DNA of 61,240 nucleotides, filler included, from It is 3 parts of 3 records of this genome, joined end to end, with 100 filler letters (N's around TTAATTAATTAA, not from the genome) between each part and the next. Parts side by side here need not be neighbours in the genome. Positions count along the whole stretch, not along the records: positions 27,387 to 51,170 come from DRR723986_4698; positions 51,271 to 61,240 come from DRR723986_4718; 1 more part is not named here. One strand, 5' to 3'. Shown piece by piece: positions 47,229 to 56,270 of this stretch (position 1 is its first letter; each line of letters starts with the position of its first letter). The notes under the pieces were generated by a model. It saw only the letters and a program-made list of their open reading frames with translations, ran no database searches and was not told where the DNA came from. The position numbers and the translations under genes were made by a program.

Positions 47229-48202
47229 TGGCAATCCGGTTCAGACTGGCCCTCGTCGCATTTGTCCTGTTGTCGGTGCTCGGCGCGTTGCCCGGGCGGG
47301 GGGAGGCCGGGCATTTCGGGCCCCCTCCGTCCGGCCTGCTGCGGTCCTCGGATCAGGACGGCGTTCATCTGGCGAAGACGATCCGCCGGACATTCAATTC
47401 GGCTGCAAAGCCGGTGGTCCGTCCCCCGGCCACGCGGTCCATGGCCCCGAAACCGAAGCCACCCCGTGCGCGTCTTGCGCCCGGGCCACGCCCCCCCGGA
47501 CTCGGGACATCGAGCATACGGGCGCAACCCGGGGCCGGTCCGGTGCGGGGCGCCCGAGCTTCCGGCAGGAACCCGAAAGGCAAGGCCGCCACGATCGCAG
47601 CGGCGGGAAACCGGGCGCCGGCGGTCGCGCGCCCAAGCGCGGCGTTCCGGGCGGAGGCGCGACGCGGCGCCCTACGCCCCGGTTTCAACCGCGCGGCAAG
47701 ACCCGCGGCGCGCGCGGTCCCGGCGCGTGGCGCAACGACACTCTGGGGGACCCCGCCGAATCTCCGAAGGAATACGCTGCGCCCGATCTTCAACGGTTCG
47801 GTCCGCAACTCGAAGATCGCAGCGGATTTTCGCAAGGCGAACAGCTATCCCGGCGCAATGGGCCCCGTGACTTGGCGGCTCACCAAGCCGGGCGAGGTGT
47901 TTACCCGCTCCCACTACGGCTCCTCGAGCAGACAAAGCGGCCGCTATGCCGCGCTGTCGCGATCCCCGAACGTGCGCCATGCACGCGAAACCTATGCGCT
48001 TCCCAAGGCGAACAAGGGCTATCGGGTGTCGCAGTTCGTGGGGACGGGACGCGAGCTTGTCGGCATATCCCGCGTGGCCCCCGCGTATGGACGCCGCGGC
48101 GGTGGCTTGCAGGCCTACTTTCCGTCGATGCCCTCATTCAAGCCGGCCGGTTGGAACAAGGGGGCGCTTCAGGAAATCTTTGGCCAGGCGGCGGCGAAAT
48201 GA
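47228..48202 (+). CDS. Signal-peptide protein with Arg/Pro/Ala-rich linker and C-terminal TNT/Tne2-like putative NAD(P)+ glycohydrolase domain
   Basis: Signal peptide ending GEA/G; C-terminal R..G...G.Y...AR..YALP..N...VAPAYGRRGGGLQAYF motif. Confidence 0.6.
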   Translation: MAIRFRLALVAFVLLSVLGALPGRGEAGHFGPPPSGLLRSSDQDGVHLAKTIRRTFNSAAKPVVRPPATRSMAPKPKPPRARLAPGPRPPGLGTSSIRAQPGAGPVRGARASGRNPKGKAATIAAAGNRAPAVARPSAAFRAEARRGALRPGFNRAARPAARAVPARGATTLWGTPPNLRRNTLRPIFNGSVRNSKIAADFRKANSYPGAMGPVTWRLTKPGEVFTRSHYGSSSRQSGRYAALSRSPNVRHARETYALPKANKGYRVSQFVGTGRELVGISRVAPAYGRRGGGLQAYFPSMPSFKPAGWNKGALQEIFGQAAAK

Positions 48203-48270
48203 CGGAGGAAGCCCATGGCTGCGCGGGGCGTCGGACATGCCCGTTCCGGCGCCAAACACAGCGGGCAAAC

Positions 48271-49125
48271 CTATTGGAGCAGATACTCGCCGAAGGATAC
48301 GCGCGTCCGCTTCCGCTCCTGCGGCGAGAGGTTCCGGAGGAAATCCATCAGCAATGTCACCTGCGGCCCCTCGAGCACGGCAGGAAGTTCGGGTTCCTCC
48401 GGCAGGCCGATGTAATCGGCCAGATCGACCGGGGACTGGATGGCGTAGAGACATCTGTATCCGGAAACGCCCCCGACGGGAAAGCGATCGTGACCCGAAG
48501 CCGTGTGCGGCAACCTCAGCGTCTTGCCCTCCACCTCGGACACCGGCGCAAAATTCGATGGCATCAGGCAGTTCATGAACAAGCGATCCGGGAAGTCGTG
48601 CAACACCAGCATATATGACGGCTCGGACAGTCTTGGCATCAGGGGAATGTGCAAGGCCACCGCGTCCCGCTGGGTCAGGCGGATCGGGCCGCCGATCTCT
48701 TCGACGAACCCGATTCCGCCGATGTTCAGCCGCTGCTCCTTGCGCAGGATCTCGATCCTGCTGCCGGGATCGACCGTGTCGCGCAGGGCTTCCCTGAGCT
48801 GCGCCGAAGCAGAGATGCCGTGACTGCCGACGCCGGCCGCGCGCAGGGCCTCCACGAAGGCGTCGAACGGCATCAGGAAAAGCTGATAGTCGAAGCCATA
48901 TCGGCTGAGGGTGAACAGGTCGACAAAGCGGCCCAGCTCCCAATTCGCGGCAAGCAACTTCCCCGAGCACATCTTGGAGAACGCCGTCTTGTCGCGTTCG
49001 ACCAGATTCTGCTGATGTTTGCTGTTGAAGACGTGGCTTGGCAGATAGGCCCCAAGGATCCCTTCGGCGTAGGCCAGCTTTTGACCAAGATCGGGAATCT
49101 CGTGTTTCTGGAACTCGGTACGCAT
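48271..49125 (-). CDS. Hypothetical protein with possible N-terminal HTH and DUF4384-like C-terminal domain
   Basis: ATG 49125 with GGGAG; YMLVL...CLMPSNFAP...LP...FPV.G..G...LYAI pattern. Confidence 0.55.
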   Translation of the reverse strand: MRTEFQKHEIPDLGQKLAYAEGILGAYLPSHVFNSKHQQNLVERDKTAFSKMCSGKLLAANWELGRFVDLFTLSRYGFDYQLFLMPFDAFVEALRAAGVGSHGISASAQLREALRDTVDPGSRIEILRKEQRLNIGGIGFVEEIGGPIRLTQRDAVALHIPLMPRLSEPSYMLVLHDFPDRLFMNCLMPSNFAPVSEVEGKTLRLPHTASGHDRFPVGGVSGYRCLYAIQSPVDLADYIGLPEEPELPAVLEGPQVTLLMDFLRNLSPQERKRTRVSFGEYLLQ

Positions 49126-49180
49126 CACTACTCCCTGATTGGCCTTTATCCCGCACGATAGCACAGCCGACCCTTTCCGA

Positions 49181-51170
49181 TCAGGTCGGGCGTTGCAAAT
49201 CGTTGCTGCCCTGAAACACCACGAAGCCTGCCCAGTTCTCCGGAGCCCAGGTTTGCGACATCGAACCGATTCCTCCGAAGACCGGGTCCGCGCCGGAGGC
49301 TTTCGACACTTCGGCGGCGTGATCAGCCTGCAGCCTCGTCACGATTTCGGCGGGGTCGCGTGTCGGATCTTCCGCGAATGCCTGCCAATATGCCCCGAGA
49401 AACCGGGCCGCCGCCGTTTCGGTGATCTCCCAGAGCGTGCCGATGACGCAGCAGGCCCCCTTTTCCAGCAGGATCGCCGCGAGCGAGACATGGTCCTCTA
49501 CCGTCACATCCGCCACCGCCGACGAGCAACTGGCGAAGAACACGCTCCGGGCTCCGCCGAAGTCGAAATGATCGCCGCCGAAGTCCGGAAGATGGAGCGG
49601 CTCGCCGTCGCCGAGCGTGAAGGCAGACAGATCGGGTCGGCCTGATTCGGCATGGAAATGCGTCGCAACGACGATATGGGCGGGCCGGTGGTTCAGGGCG
49701 GCCATCATGCTGTCCCGCGTGAAATCGCGCCCGACGAGGCTTTCGGTCGAGGGCAGCGCCTTCACCGCGCGCAGCAGCGGACCGTGGGGCAAGGCGAGCA
49801 ACGACAGCAACCCGTGGTTCTGGTGTGCCTCCGGCTTGGGCGGCGTTGCCGGCAAAACGTAGCGGATCGGCACGATCTGGGCCAGGCACACCGTATCCCT
49901 GCAGAGAAGCGACAGGGGTATCGTGCCGAGCACGCCCGCCGCATCGACCTCGAGGCAGCGGATCTCCGGCAGGTGTCGTTCGATCGGCGCGATCAGAATG
50001 TCGTAAAGCCTTGTCGCGGGTTCCCGCCACGCCCGAAGATCCCCCGTCGCCTCGCGAAGGGCAGAGACCAGCGTGAAGAGGTCCGCCGGCGAAATCTCTG
50101 CCGTTACGGTCCGTTCGGCATCATGCCAGAGATAGCGGATCCGGACATGATCCCCTGACGGGATCACGGCAAGGCGCAGGATGCCCGGTTCCGGGGCGTC
50201 CAACTGCGCAAAACGCAGGCCCAGACCGGAGGGCGTGCGGAAATCCAGCAACCTGTCCAGCGCCGTTCCGGCCGCCTCGAGAAGACGCCTATCGCTGGCC
50301 GTTTCGCGCAGCGCCGCGATGTCACGCCTGCTTGCCAGCCAATCGGCTTGGGCATCGCGTTCGGCCTTGTCGAAGGGCACGAGATCAAAGCCCTCGGCCT
50401 GCGATGTGGGGCGGCTCAGGACCAGCCGGTTGCGACGAAGACGGTCGAAAACACGCTCGAGCGCCAAGGCCTCTTCGTAGCGCCCGGCCGCGCGCAGGGC
50501 ATGGCCGGTCCGGTCGATCAGCGGGCGCGCCCCAAAAAGGACGCGACCGGCCTCTTCCATGCTCAGGGCATTGCACAGCTCTGCCATGTAGCGCACGGCG
50601 AGCTTTCCCAGAAAGGCCGCCGCGTCGAGCCGCCCTTCGGCATGGGCCAGATCGGCGAGGATCATGATGACCTCGACTTCCCGCTCCGGCGAGCCCTTTC
50701 CGATGACAGAGGCGAAAACCGGCGCAAGGCTCTGTCGCGCGCCGGTCGGATCGCCGGTTTCGACCTGAACCTGCGCGAGCATGGTATGACCGACCCAGGC
50801 CAGTTCGAGCGGCGCCTCTTCGCAGGCCCCGCGCAGCTTCGAAAGGGCATCTTGCACGCGGCCCGCCCTTTGCAGCGCCTGCACGTGGCGCCCAAGCAAA
50901 TCCAGCCTGTTCAGCCATTCCTCGGGGTCGTTCTGCTCGATCCAGTCGATCGCCTCCCCGAGGATCTCGGCCTCGCGATCGAAATCGCGGCGATGCTCGG
51001 CGAGTGCGGCCCGGGCGATGAAAAGGCATGTCTCGCTGGCCAGGGGAACGCGTTCCGCGGCCTCTCGGACGGCGATCATCCGATCGACGAGCCTGTAGGC
51101 CCGAGCGGGATTGTCGAGAACCAGCGAAAGCCTCGCCTCGTTGCCATAGACGGCGAGCAGCGGCGCCGCT
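49181..51170 (-). CDS. TPR + CHAT (caspase-like protease) domain protein, 5' truncated
   Basis: Frame open to contig end; TPR helices; LYDILIAPI, IPLSLL, HIVVATHF (His), VFFASC (Cys), VIGTLWEI, WAGFV. Confidence 0.88.
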
Positions 51171-51270
51171 NNNNNNNNNNNNNNNNNNNNNNNNNNNNNN
51201 NNNNNNNNNNNNNNTTAATTAATTAANNNNNNNNNNNNNNNNNNNNNNNNNNNNNNNNNNNNNNNNNNNN
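51171..51270. other. Artificial contig-joining spacer
   Basis: 44 N + TTAATTAATTAA + 44 N. Confidence 0.98.
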
Positions 51271-51559
51271 GCCCCCTTTCACCTGCGGTGGGTGGCTGGC
51301 CTTTTCTTTTTGTTAGGCAGCGATGCACAAGCCTCAAGGCATTGATCCGTCCAGACTTTTTTGGCACTGAGTCAATCCGTGCCAAAATTCTGCCGGAATA
51401 TTTCAGCGGCGCGGCGGCGGCAATTGTGTATAAGTATAAATCGCCGATGGCATAAAGATGCAATGCTGCGGCCTGATTCACAACTGCGCGCTATGCCCAG
51501 GTGCAGTTTTAATGTTTTTTCACCCCTGCCGGTGAGCCATTTTACAGGGAATCCCATAA

Positions 51560-52288
51560 ATGTTTTCAGCGCCTACATTCCGTTCTGCTGTTCCAGCCGT
51601 TTTGCTGATGGCCTGCCTGGCATGCTCAAGCACGCCACAGGAGCAGACTCAGAAAGTTGAGGAGTCACACTCAACACAGCAGAATCAGCAGGGCGGACGC
51701 AAGGAAATCAGCGTTGAACCCCAGGGCACTTTTGCTGAGATCGATGTAGCCGCCAGCAATGCCGCCGTTGTGACGCTGCGCGACGGCAACGCGGCCGCAC
51801 GCCAGGCCGTCAAAGATCAGATAGCGGCAAATCCGCTGGCCTATAACCCAACGGCGCTGCTGGCACTGGGCCAGGCACACTTCCTGGACGGACAAAAGGA
51901 CGAGGCGGCACGCTGGTTCTTTATGGGTGATACGCGCGCGCATATAGACGCACAAATCTGTCTGGACCTGAGCGCGCGCCAGAAAACGGCTTCAATGCGC
52001 CAGGGCATCGGACAGGAGTTCCTGCTGCACATAGTCGAGAACGCCCAAGACCTCCTCCCGCTGCTGGACAAAACCCTGGCCTACCTGCGCGAGAACGACG
52101 CAAGCTACGACCGCCGCTGGATTAACCTGCACGGCATGGGTGCGATGATTTCTGCGCTGGCAGCCACCGAGCCGGACGCCCCTGAAATCGAAGAAAAACC
52201 GATGAGCGAACCCCGCGAAAAATGGCCCGAGATCACCACAAAAGTAATTGAAGAATACCGCAACGGATTCATGAAACTGGTGAAATGA
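51560..52288 (+). CDS. Hypothetical lipoprotein (TPR-like helices)
   Basis: Lipobox-like CLAC-SS; LLALGQAHF..GQKDEAARWF. Confidence 0.7.
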   Translation: MFSAPTFRSAVPAVLLMACLACSSTPQEQTQKVEESHSTQQNQQGGRKEISVEPQGTFAEIDVAASNAAVVTLRDGNAAARQAVKDQIAANPLAYNPTALLALGQAHFLDGQKDEAARWFFMGDTRAHIDAQICLDLSARQKTASMRQGIGQEFLLHIVENAQDLLPLLDKTLAYLRENDASYDRRWINLHGMGAMISALAATEPDAPEIEEKPMSEPREKWPEITTKVIEEYRNGFMKLVK

Positions 52289-52482
52289 GAACCGCAACAA
52301 CAGCACAAGGCAAAAATTCTCGCTGAGATATTTGCACCAGTGACGTGTTCGGTAGATATGTAACTAACTGCGCAGCGCAGAATCTATGACTGAACATTGG
52401 CATAGAAGGTTCAGGGCGGAACGGCGCAGGAAATTGTTAACATTCCCTCCACTTCGGCCCCTTCAACTAACAAGAAACTCAA

Positions 52483-52510
52483 AAGGGAATGACCGCAGGT
52501 CAAAGCCCGC
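52483..52510 (+). repeat. 28-bp palindromic repeat, copy 1
   Basis: AAGGGAATGACCGCAGGTCAAAGCCCGC, identical to 56093-56120. Confidence 0.9.
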
Positions 52511-52579
52511 AAGCTACTTAGGCCATATTTGAAACGACAGATTAACATTCGCAGGGTTAAGGTGATCGCCGAACAGAAT

Positions 52580-54184
52580 ATGGATCACTATGAAAACCTG
52601 ACTGAACGTGCGCTGAAGGCCCTGGATGAAAATCCCAGTGCTGCACTGCAGCTGGCACAGGAAGCACGTACTCTAGGCACTGGAATTGGACAGATAGAGC
52701 GGCACGATGCCCTCTACTATGTTATTGGCAAAATTTACCGGCATCACTACAGACTGCCGGAAGCTTTGAAGTTACTTAACAAGGCACAGCGTCTGGCAGC
52801 GCAGTACGAGAACACCTATTTAACGGTGTGTATTTTGCGTGAGTTGGCTGCCGTTTACACTATTCGTGCGAACTTTCCAAAGGCAATCAACTTAATTAAA
52901 CAGGCGCAAGCTTATGAGCTGGATGCGGAGCAGGCCTACTTAACACAGGCCGTGTATGCTGAAATTATTCTGAGTGTGGGCTTGTACCAGCAGGCCACCA
53001 AAATTCTGACGCAGATTCATTGTGAAGTCGATAAGGCGCAACATCCGAGGGTGTACGCTGTTGTGCAGGCGGGCCTGGGCGCGGTGCAATTCCTGATGGA
53101 GCAATACCCGCAAGCCCTGGAGCATTATCAGATTGCGTTTGAGGAATTTACGGCGCAAGATAATGTAATTGGCATTGTGGAACACGCTCTGATCATCTGT
53201 CAATGTCTGGTGCGCCTGGACCGGCACGCCGATTGTGCGTATTACATTGACATTGTTCAGGCGGCTGCGCAGCGTTACAGCACTCCAAAGGTCCAATCCG
53301 GTTTAGCCAATTTTGCAGCTATCCAGGCCAAGCTGCGGCAGGATTATGTACAGGCCGAGCAAGATCACCTGCTGGCACTGCAACATGCCCGTAGCATGGG
53401 CGACCCCGCTTTTTTGTTTAACCTGCTGAATGAAAATGCCTGGCTGCACCTGGAACGCAAAATGCCCCAAGGTGCTCTGCGATATTTGGCTGAAGCCGCC
53501 GCCATTGCGCTGAGTGACAGCGGTTTTATTATGCGTGCCGTAGCACATTACTTTTTCAGCACCGCCTATGAACAATTGGATCAGCCGGCACGCGCGCTAC
53601 AGCACTACAAGTGTTTCCAGGAGCTGCAGAATAAACACCTTGGGCATCAGATACGCTCTACGATTGCAGTGATCATGGCGGAGTTTGAGTGGCAGCTGGA
53701 ACGCATACAACTCAAGGCCGCCGAGCGGCAAACGCGCACGCTGGCACGTGATGTGGAACGCCAGAAGCGCGAACTTTCCAATTACGCCTTGAGCCTGCAG
53801 CAAAAAAACCGCGCCTTGCAGGAGATTCGCAGCACAATTGTTAAGCGCCGCGAGTCGGGCCAGGAAGCAGATTCCGACTTCCTGGAGACGCTCCTGCACA
53901 CTGTTGACGGCCACCTGACGGCCAAGACGCAGTGGGACCATTTTGAGCAGCAGTTTAATCTGGTCCACCGCGAGTATTCGGCGCGCCTGGCAGAGCGCTA
54001 TCCGGCGCTGACAGCCAGTGAGCTGAAGATTTGTCTGCTGCTTAAACTCTACCTCAGCAGCCAGGAAATCAGCCAGACACTTAATATTTCACTGAACACG
54101 GTGTACACACATCGCCAAAAGATACGCCGCAAATTGGCGCTTGGCAGCGGCAGGAAGCTGATCACACATTTGCAGGAAATTTAA
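52580..54184 (+). CDS. TPR-repeat LuxR-family transcriptional regulator
   Basis: Multiple TPRs, coiled coil, C-terminal LTASELKICLLL...SQEISQTLNISLNTVYTHRQKIRRKL; ATG at 52580. Confidence 0.9.
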   Translation: MDHYENLTERALKALDENPSAALQLAQEARTLGTGIGQIERHDALYYVIGKIYRHHYRLPEALKLLNKAQRLAAQYENTYLTVCILRELAAVYTIRANFPKAINLIKQAQAYELDAEQAYLTQAVYAEIILSVGLYQQATKILTQIHCEVDKAQHPRVYAVVQAGLGAVQFLMEQYPQALEHYQIAFEEFTAQDNVIGIVEHALIICQCLVRLDRHADCAYYIDIVQAAAQRYSTPKVQSGLANFAAIQAKLRQDYVQAEQDHLLALQHARSMGDPAFLFNLLNENAWLHLERKMPQGALRYLAEAAAIALSDSGFIMRAVAHYFFSTAYEQLDQPARALQHYKCFQELQNKHLGHQIRSTIAVIMAEFEWQLERIQLKAAERQTRTLARDVERQKRELSNYALSLQQKNRALQEIRSTIVKRRESGQEADSDFLETLLHTVDGHLTAKTQWDHFEQQFNLVHREYSARLAERYPALTASELKICLLLKLYLSSQEISQTLNISLNTVYTHRQKIRRKLALGSGRKLITHLQEI

Positions 54185-54204
54185 CACGCGCCGCAAGAAG
54201 TAAG

Positions 54205-54244
54205 AATGCCGCCACCCGGAACAAGGTTCGCGGGCGGCGGCATT
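54205..54244. terminator. Hairpin between convergent genes
   Basis: AATGCCGCC...GAAC-AAG-GTTC...GGCGGCATT stem-loop. Confidence 0.65.
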
Positions 54245-54270
54245 ACGTGCTAAGCGGAATTATAGGTTGT

Positions 54271-55839
54271 TTAGTGAACGGTTAAGAGGCGTGTTAACAC
54301 CGTGCCATTATCGAGGCTAAGCCGGAGCAGATACTGACCGCTCGACAGCGCCGAGGCGTCCACTGCGAATGTGTTTGTACCGCTCTGAGCCATGCCGCTG
54401 TGCAGCTCCATCACCTGGCGGCCGGCGAGGTCAAAGACGGCGACGTTGAGGTTTGCGGCTTCCTGCAGTTCTATCTGGACACGGCTGCTGCTTTGACTCG
54501 GATTCGGCTGAACGCTGAAGGCACTCACCAGCTGCGACTGGACCGGCTCAACTGCTCCGGAGTTCTGCGACTGTCCGCGTTTAGCCGGTCCTTTGAAGAT
54601 GTCATCGTCATACCCGCGGCAGGTCAGATCAATCTCTTCAAAACAGATCCAGCTGAGTGTGTTGTAGTCGTAGTAATCGATGTAGATGGTTGCTGCCGGA
54701 TAACCGCTGATACAAAATTCACCCAAGTAGTGCTGGCCGGCGGGTAGCGGCACGTTGTTGTAGGTTACGAGTATTTGTGACGGCGTCCAGGCGATATTAC
54801 GGCCCGGTGCCGGCGTGGCACCAGTAAACTGCGCCTGATGTGAGAGTGTGACGCGCACCTGTGTTAACTCACAGAGGAGGCCGGGGTCAACTTCGGTAAA
54901 CAACCTGAAGCAGCAGTTACCTGAAGGCTGAACGAGTGTGCGTGTCATGTCACAACAGCCGGCGGCACCGCCGCCGCTGTTTGGACAGCAGACGTCGATA
55001 GAGCGATCGCAGATCCATTCACCGGTACTGGGGTCGTAGAATTCAATCAGTAGTTGGTCGCAGGGTTGTGGATCGAGGATGAACATGGCAATCTGGTGTG
55101 AGCCGACGCCCCAGGTTCCCGAGTTTTTGCTAAACAGAATTGTGTTTGAGGGCGAAGGTGAACTTGTGATGCCACCAAATGGGGACACCGACTGCATGGG
55201 GATGCCGCTGAAGGTAGAAACGCGAATCTGCGAAATACCGCAGGGCGCGCCCGGCAAAATGTTAACACTGAACATAAACGAGCAGGCCTGACCGGCAAAA
55301 TCTGCAAAATCAACGGTGGGTTCGATGTAGGAACAGCAGGGCTCACCATCGACACAGCAGACGTCGATCATCTGTTCGCAGACCCATTTTGAGGCCAGGC
55401 GGTCAAAGAAGCGCAGGCGCAGTGGCACGCAGCCGTTGATGCCGTCATAACAGACTGAGCCGAGTAGATTCGTCCCATTCGGGAAGACGGCGCCGGGCGG
55501 AATGGTCCACTCGACGAGCCCAACGCCGGTTTTAGCTACAAAATTGCCGGCGCCGGAGGCACTGGACACCTGAATGCCGGAGCCAAGCGGCGCAGCAATC
55601 TGCACGGCCAGTAATTCGCATGGATTGGAACCGACGGGGTTGTTGATTACCATGACATCAAAACAGCAGGGTTTGTTCGGCTGCGGCACCAGTTCCACGG
55701 TAAACTGCGAACAGCAGGACTGCGCCTGCAGGTTAACGCTGCAAAACATGGCGGCGATACATAGTATGCAGAAGCCTGCAACAGTGCTGGACGGTCCGCG
55801 ACTTCCAGGCCGTTTTTGAGTTTGTTTAAGACTGTACAT
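54271..55839 (-). CDS. T9SS type-A sorting-domain protein with three Cys-rich ~120-aa repeats
   Basis: Signal peptide ending LQA/Q; C-terminal VQPNPS...VAVFDLAGRQV...LSSGQYLLRL; ATG 55839 with GGAG. Confidence 0.88.
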   Translation of the reverse strand: MYSLKQTQKRPGSRGPSSTVAGFCILCIAAMFCSVNLQAQSCCSQFTVELVPQPNKPCCFDVMVINNPVGSNPCELLAVQIAAPLGSGIQVSSASGAGNFVAKTGVGLVEWTIPPGAVFPNGTNLLGSVCYDGINGCVPLRLRFFDRLASKWVCEQMIDVCCVDGEPCCSYIEPTVDFADFAGQACSFMFSVNILPGAPCGISQIRVSTFSGIPMQSVSPFGGITSSPSPSNTILFSKNSGTWGVGSHQIAMFILDPQPCDQLLIEFYDPSTGEWICDRSIDVCCPNSGGGAAGCCDMTRTLVQPSGNCCFRLFTEVDPGLLCELTQVRVTLSHQAQFTGATPAPGRNIAWTPSQILVTYNNVPLPAGQHYLGEFCISGYPAATIYIDYYDYNTLSWICFEEIDLTCRGYDDDIFKGPAKRGQSQNSGAVEPVQSQLVSAFSVQPNPSQSSSRVQIELQEAANLNVAVFDLAGRQVMELHSGMAQSGTNTFAVDASALSSGQYLLRLSLDNGTVLTRLLTVH

Positions 55840-56092
55840 TGTCAAAATCTCCAATAATTCACTAAAACACATTAAAGCGGAGGGGGCTCCAGGTGCAATC
55901 AATTTGCACTTGTGGTCGGGGAGCTAAAAGTGATAGTTTCCAGTATAAATTCAGTACGTTTGGCGGCAAAAACTCTGCGCGTAAATTTTCGATTATTTGT
56001 GAATTTTGAGGCACAAAACTCGCGTGATGGAGCACTTGCCGAAAGGCTGAAATATTTGTGGCTTCGGCAGCGGTGCCAAACAAAAAGATCAT

Positions 56093-56120
56093 AAGGGAAT
56101 GACCGCAGGTCAAAGCCCGC
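56093..56120 (+). repeat. 28-bp palindromic repeat, copy 2
   Basis: Identical to 52483-52510. Confidence 0.9.
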
Positions 56121-56270
56121 TCGTAGCTGAGAATCATAGAAATAAAGCTCAAACGAGCGCGGCAACAAACACGTGCTGAAGGCAGGCAGAACCGTTTTTT
56201 CGCCAAAAAATGCGATGTTAGTCAAAGAATACACCGTGGAGTGCCGGTCTGCGGATTAGACAACTGAGTA

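Noticed and set aside
30365-48202. Type VI secretion system cluster
   Set aside because: No recognisable Hcp, VgrG, PAAR, TssB/C, TssM, ClpV, Fha or PppA in the contig; only Tag-like accessory genes
33009-48618. Long alternative-frame ORFs (33009-34355, 5' part of 35113-36600, 42177-43619, 45833-47113, 47110-48618 and antisense equivalents)
   Set aside because: Arg/Gly/Pro-rich shadow frames typical of high-GC DNA, overlapping better-supported genes with ribosome-binding sites and motifs
49181-51170. Craspase (type III-E CRISPR-associated TPR-CHAT)
   Set aside because: No cas genes or repeat-spacer array visible; upstream context is lost at the contig end
52483-56120. CRISPR array from the 28-bp palindromic repeat
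   Set aside because: Only two exact copies, 3.6 kb apart with whole genes between them; no spacer periodicity
56090-56130. Cobalamin riboswitch upstream of eat-eutBC (AGGGAA...CCCGC resembles the core)
   Set aside because: Lacks the GGTG..AA.TCC loop, the GCAACTGT continuation and a B12 box; the same sequence also precedes an unrelated regulator
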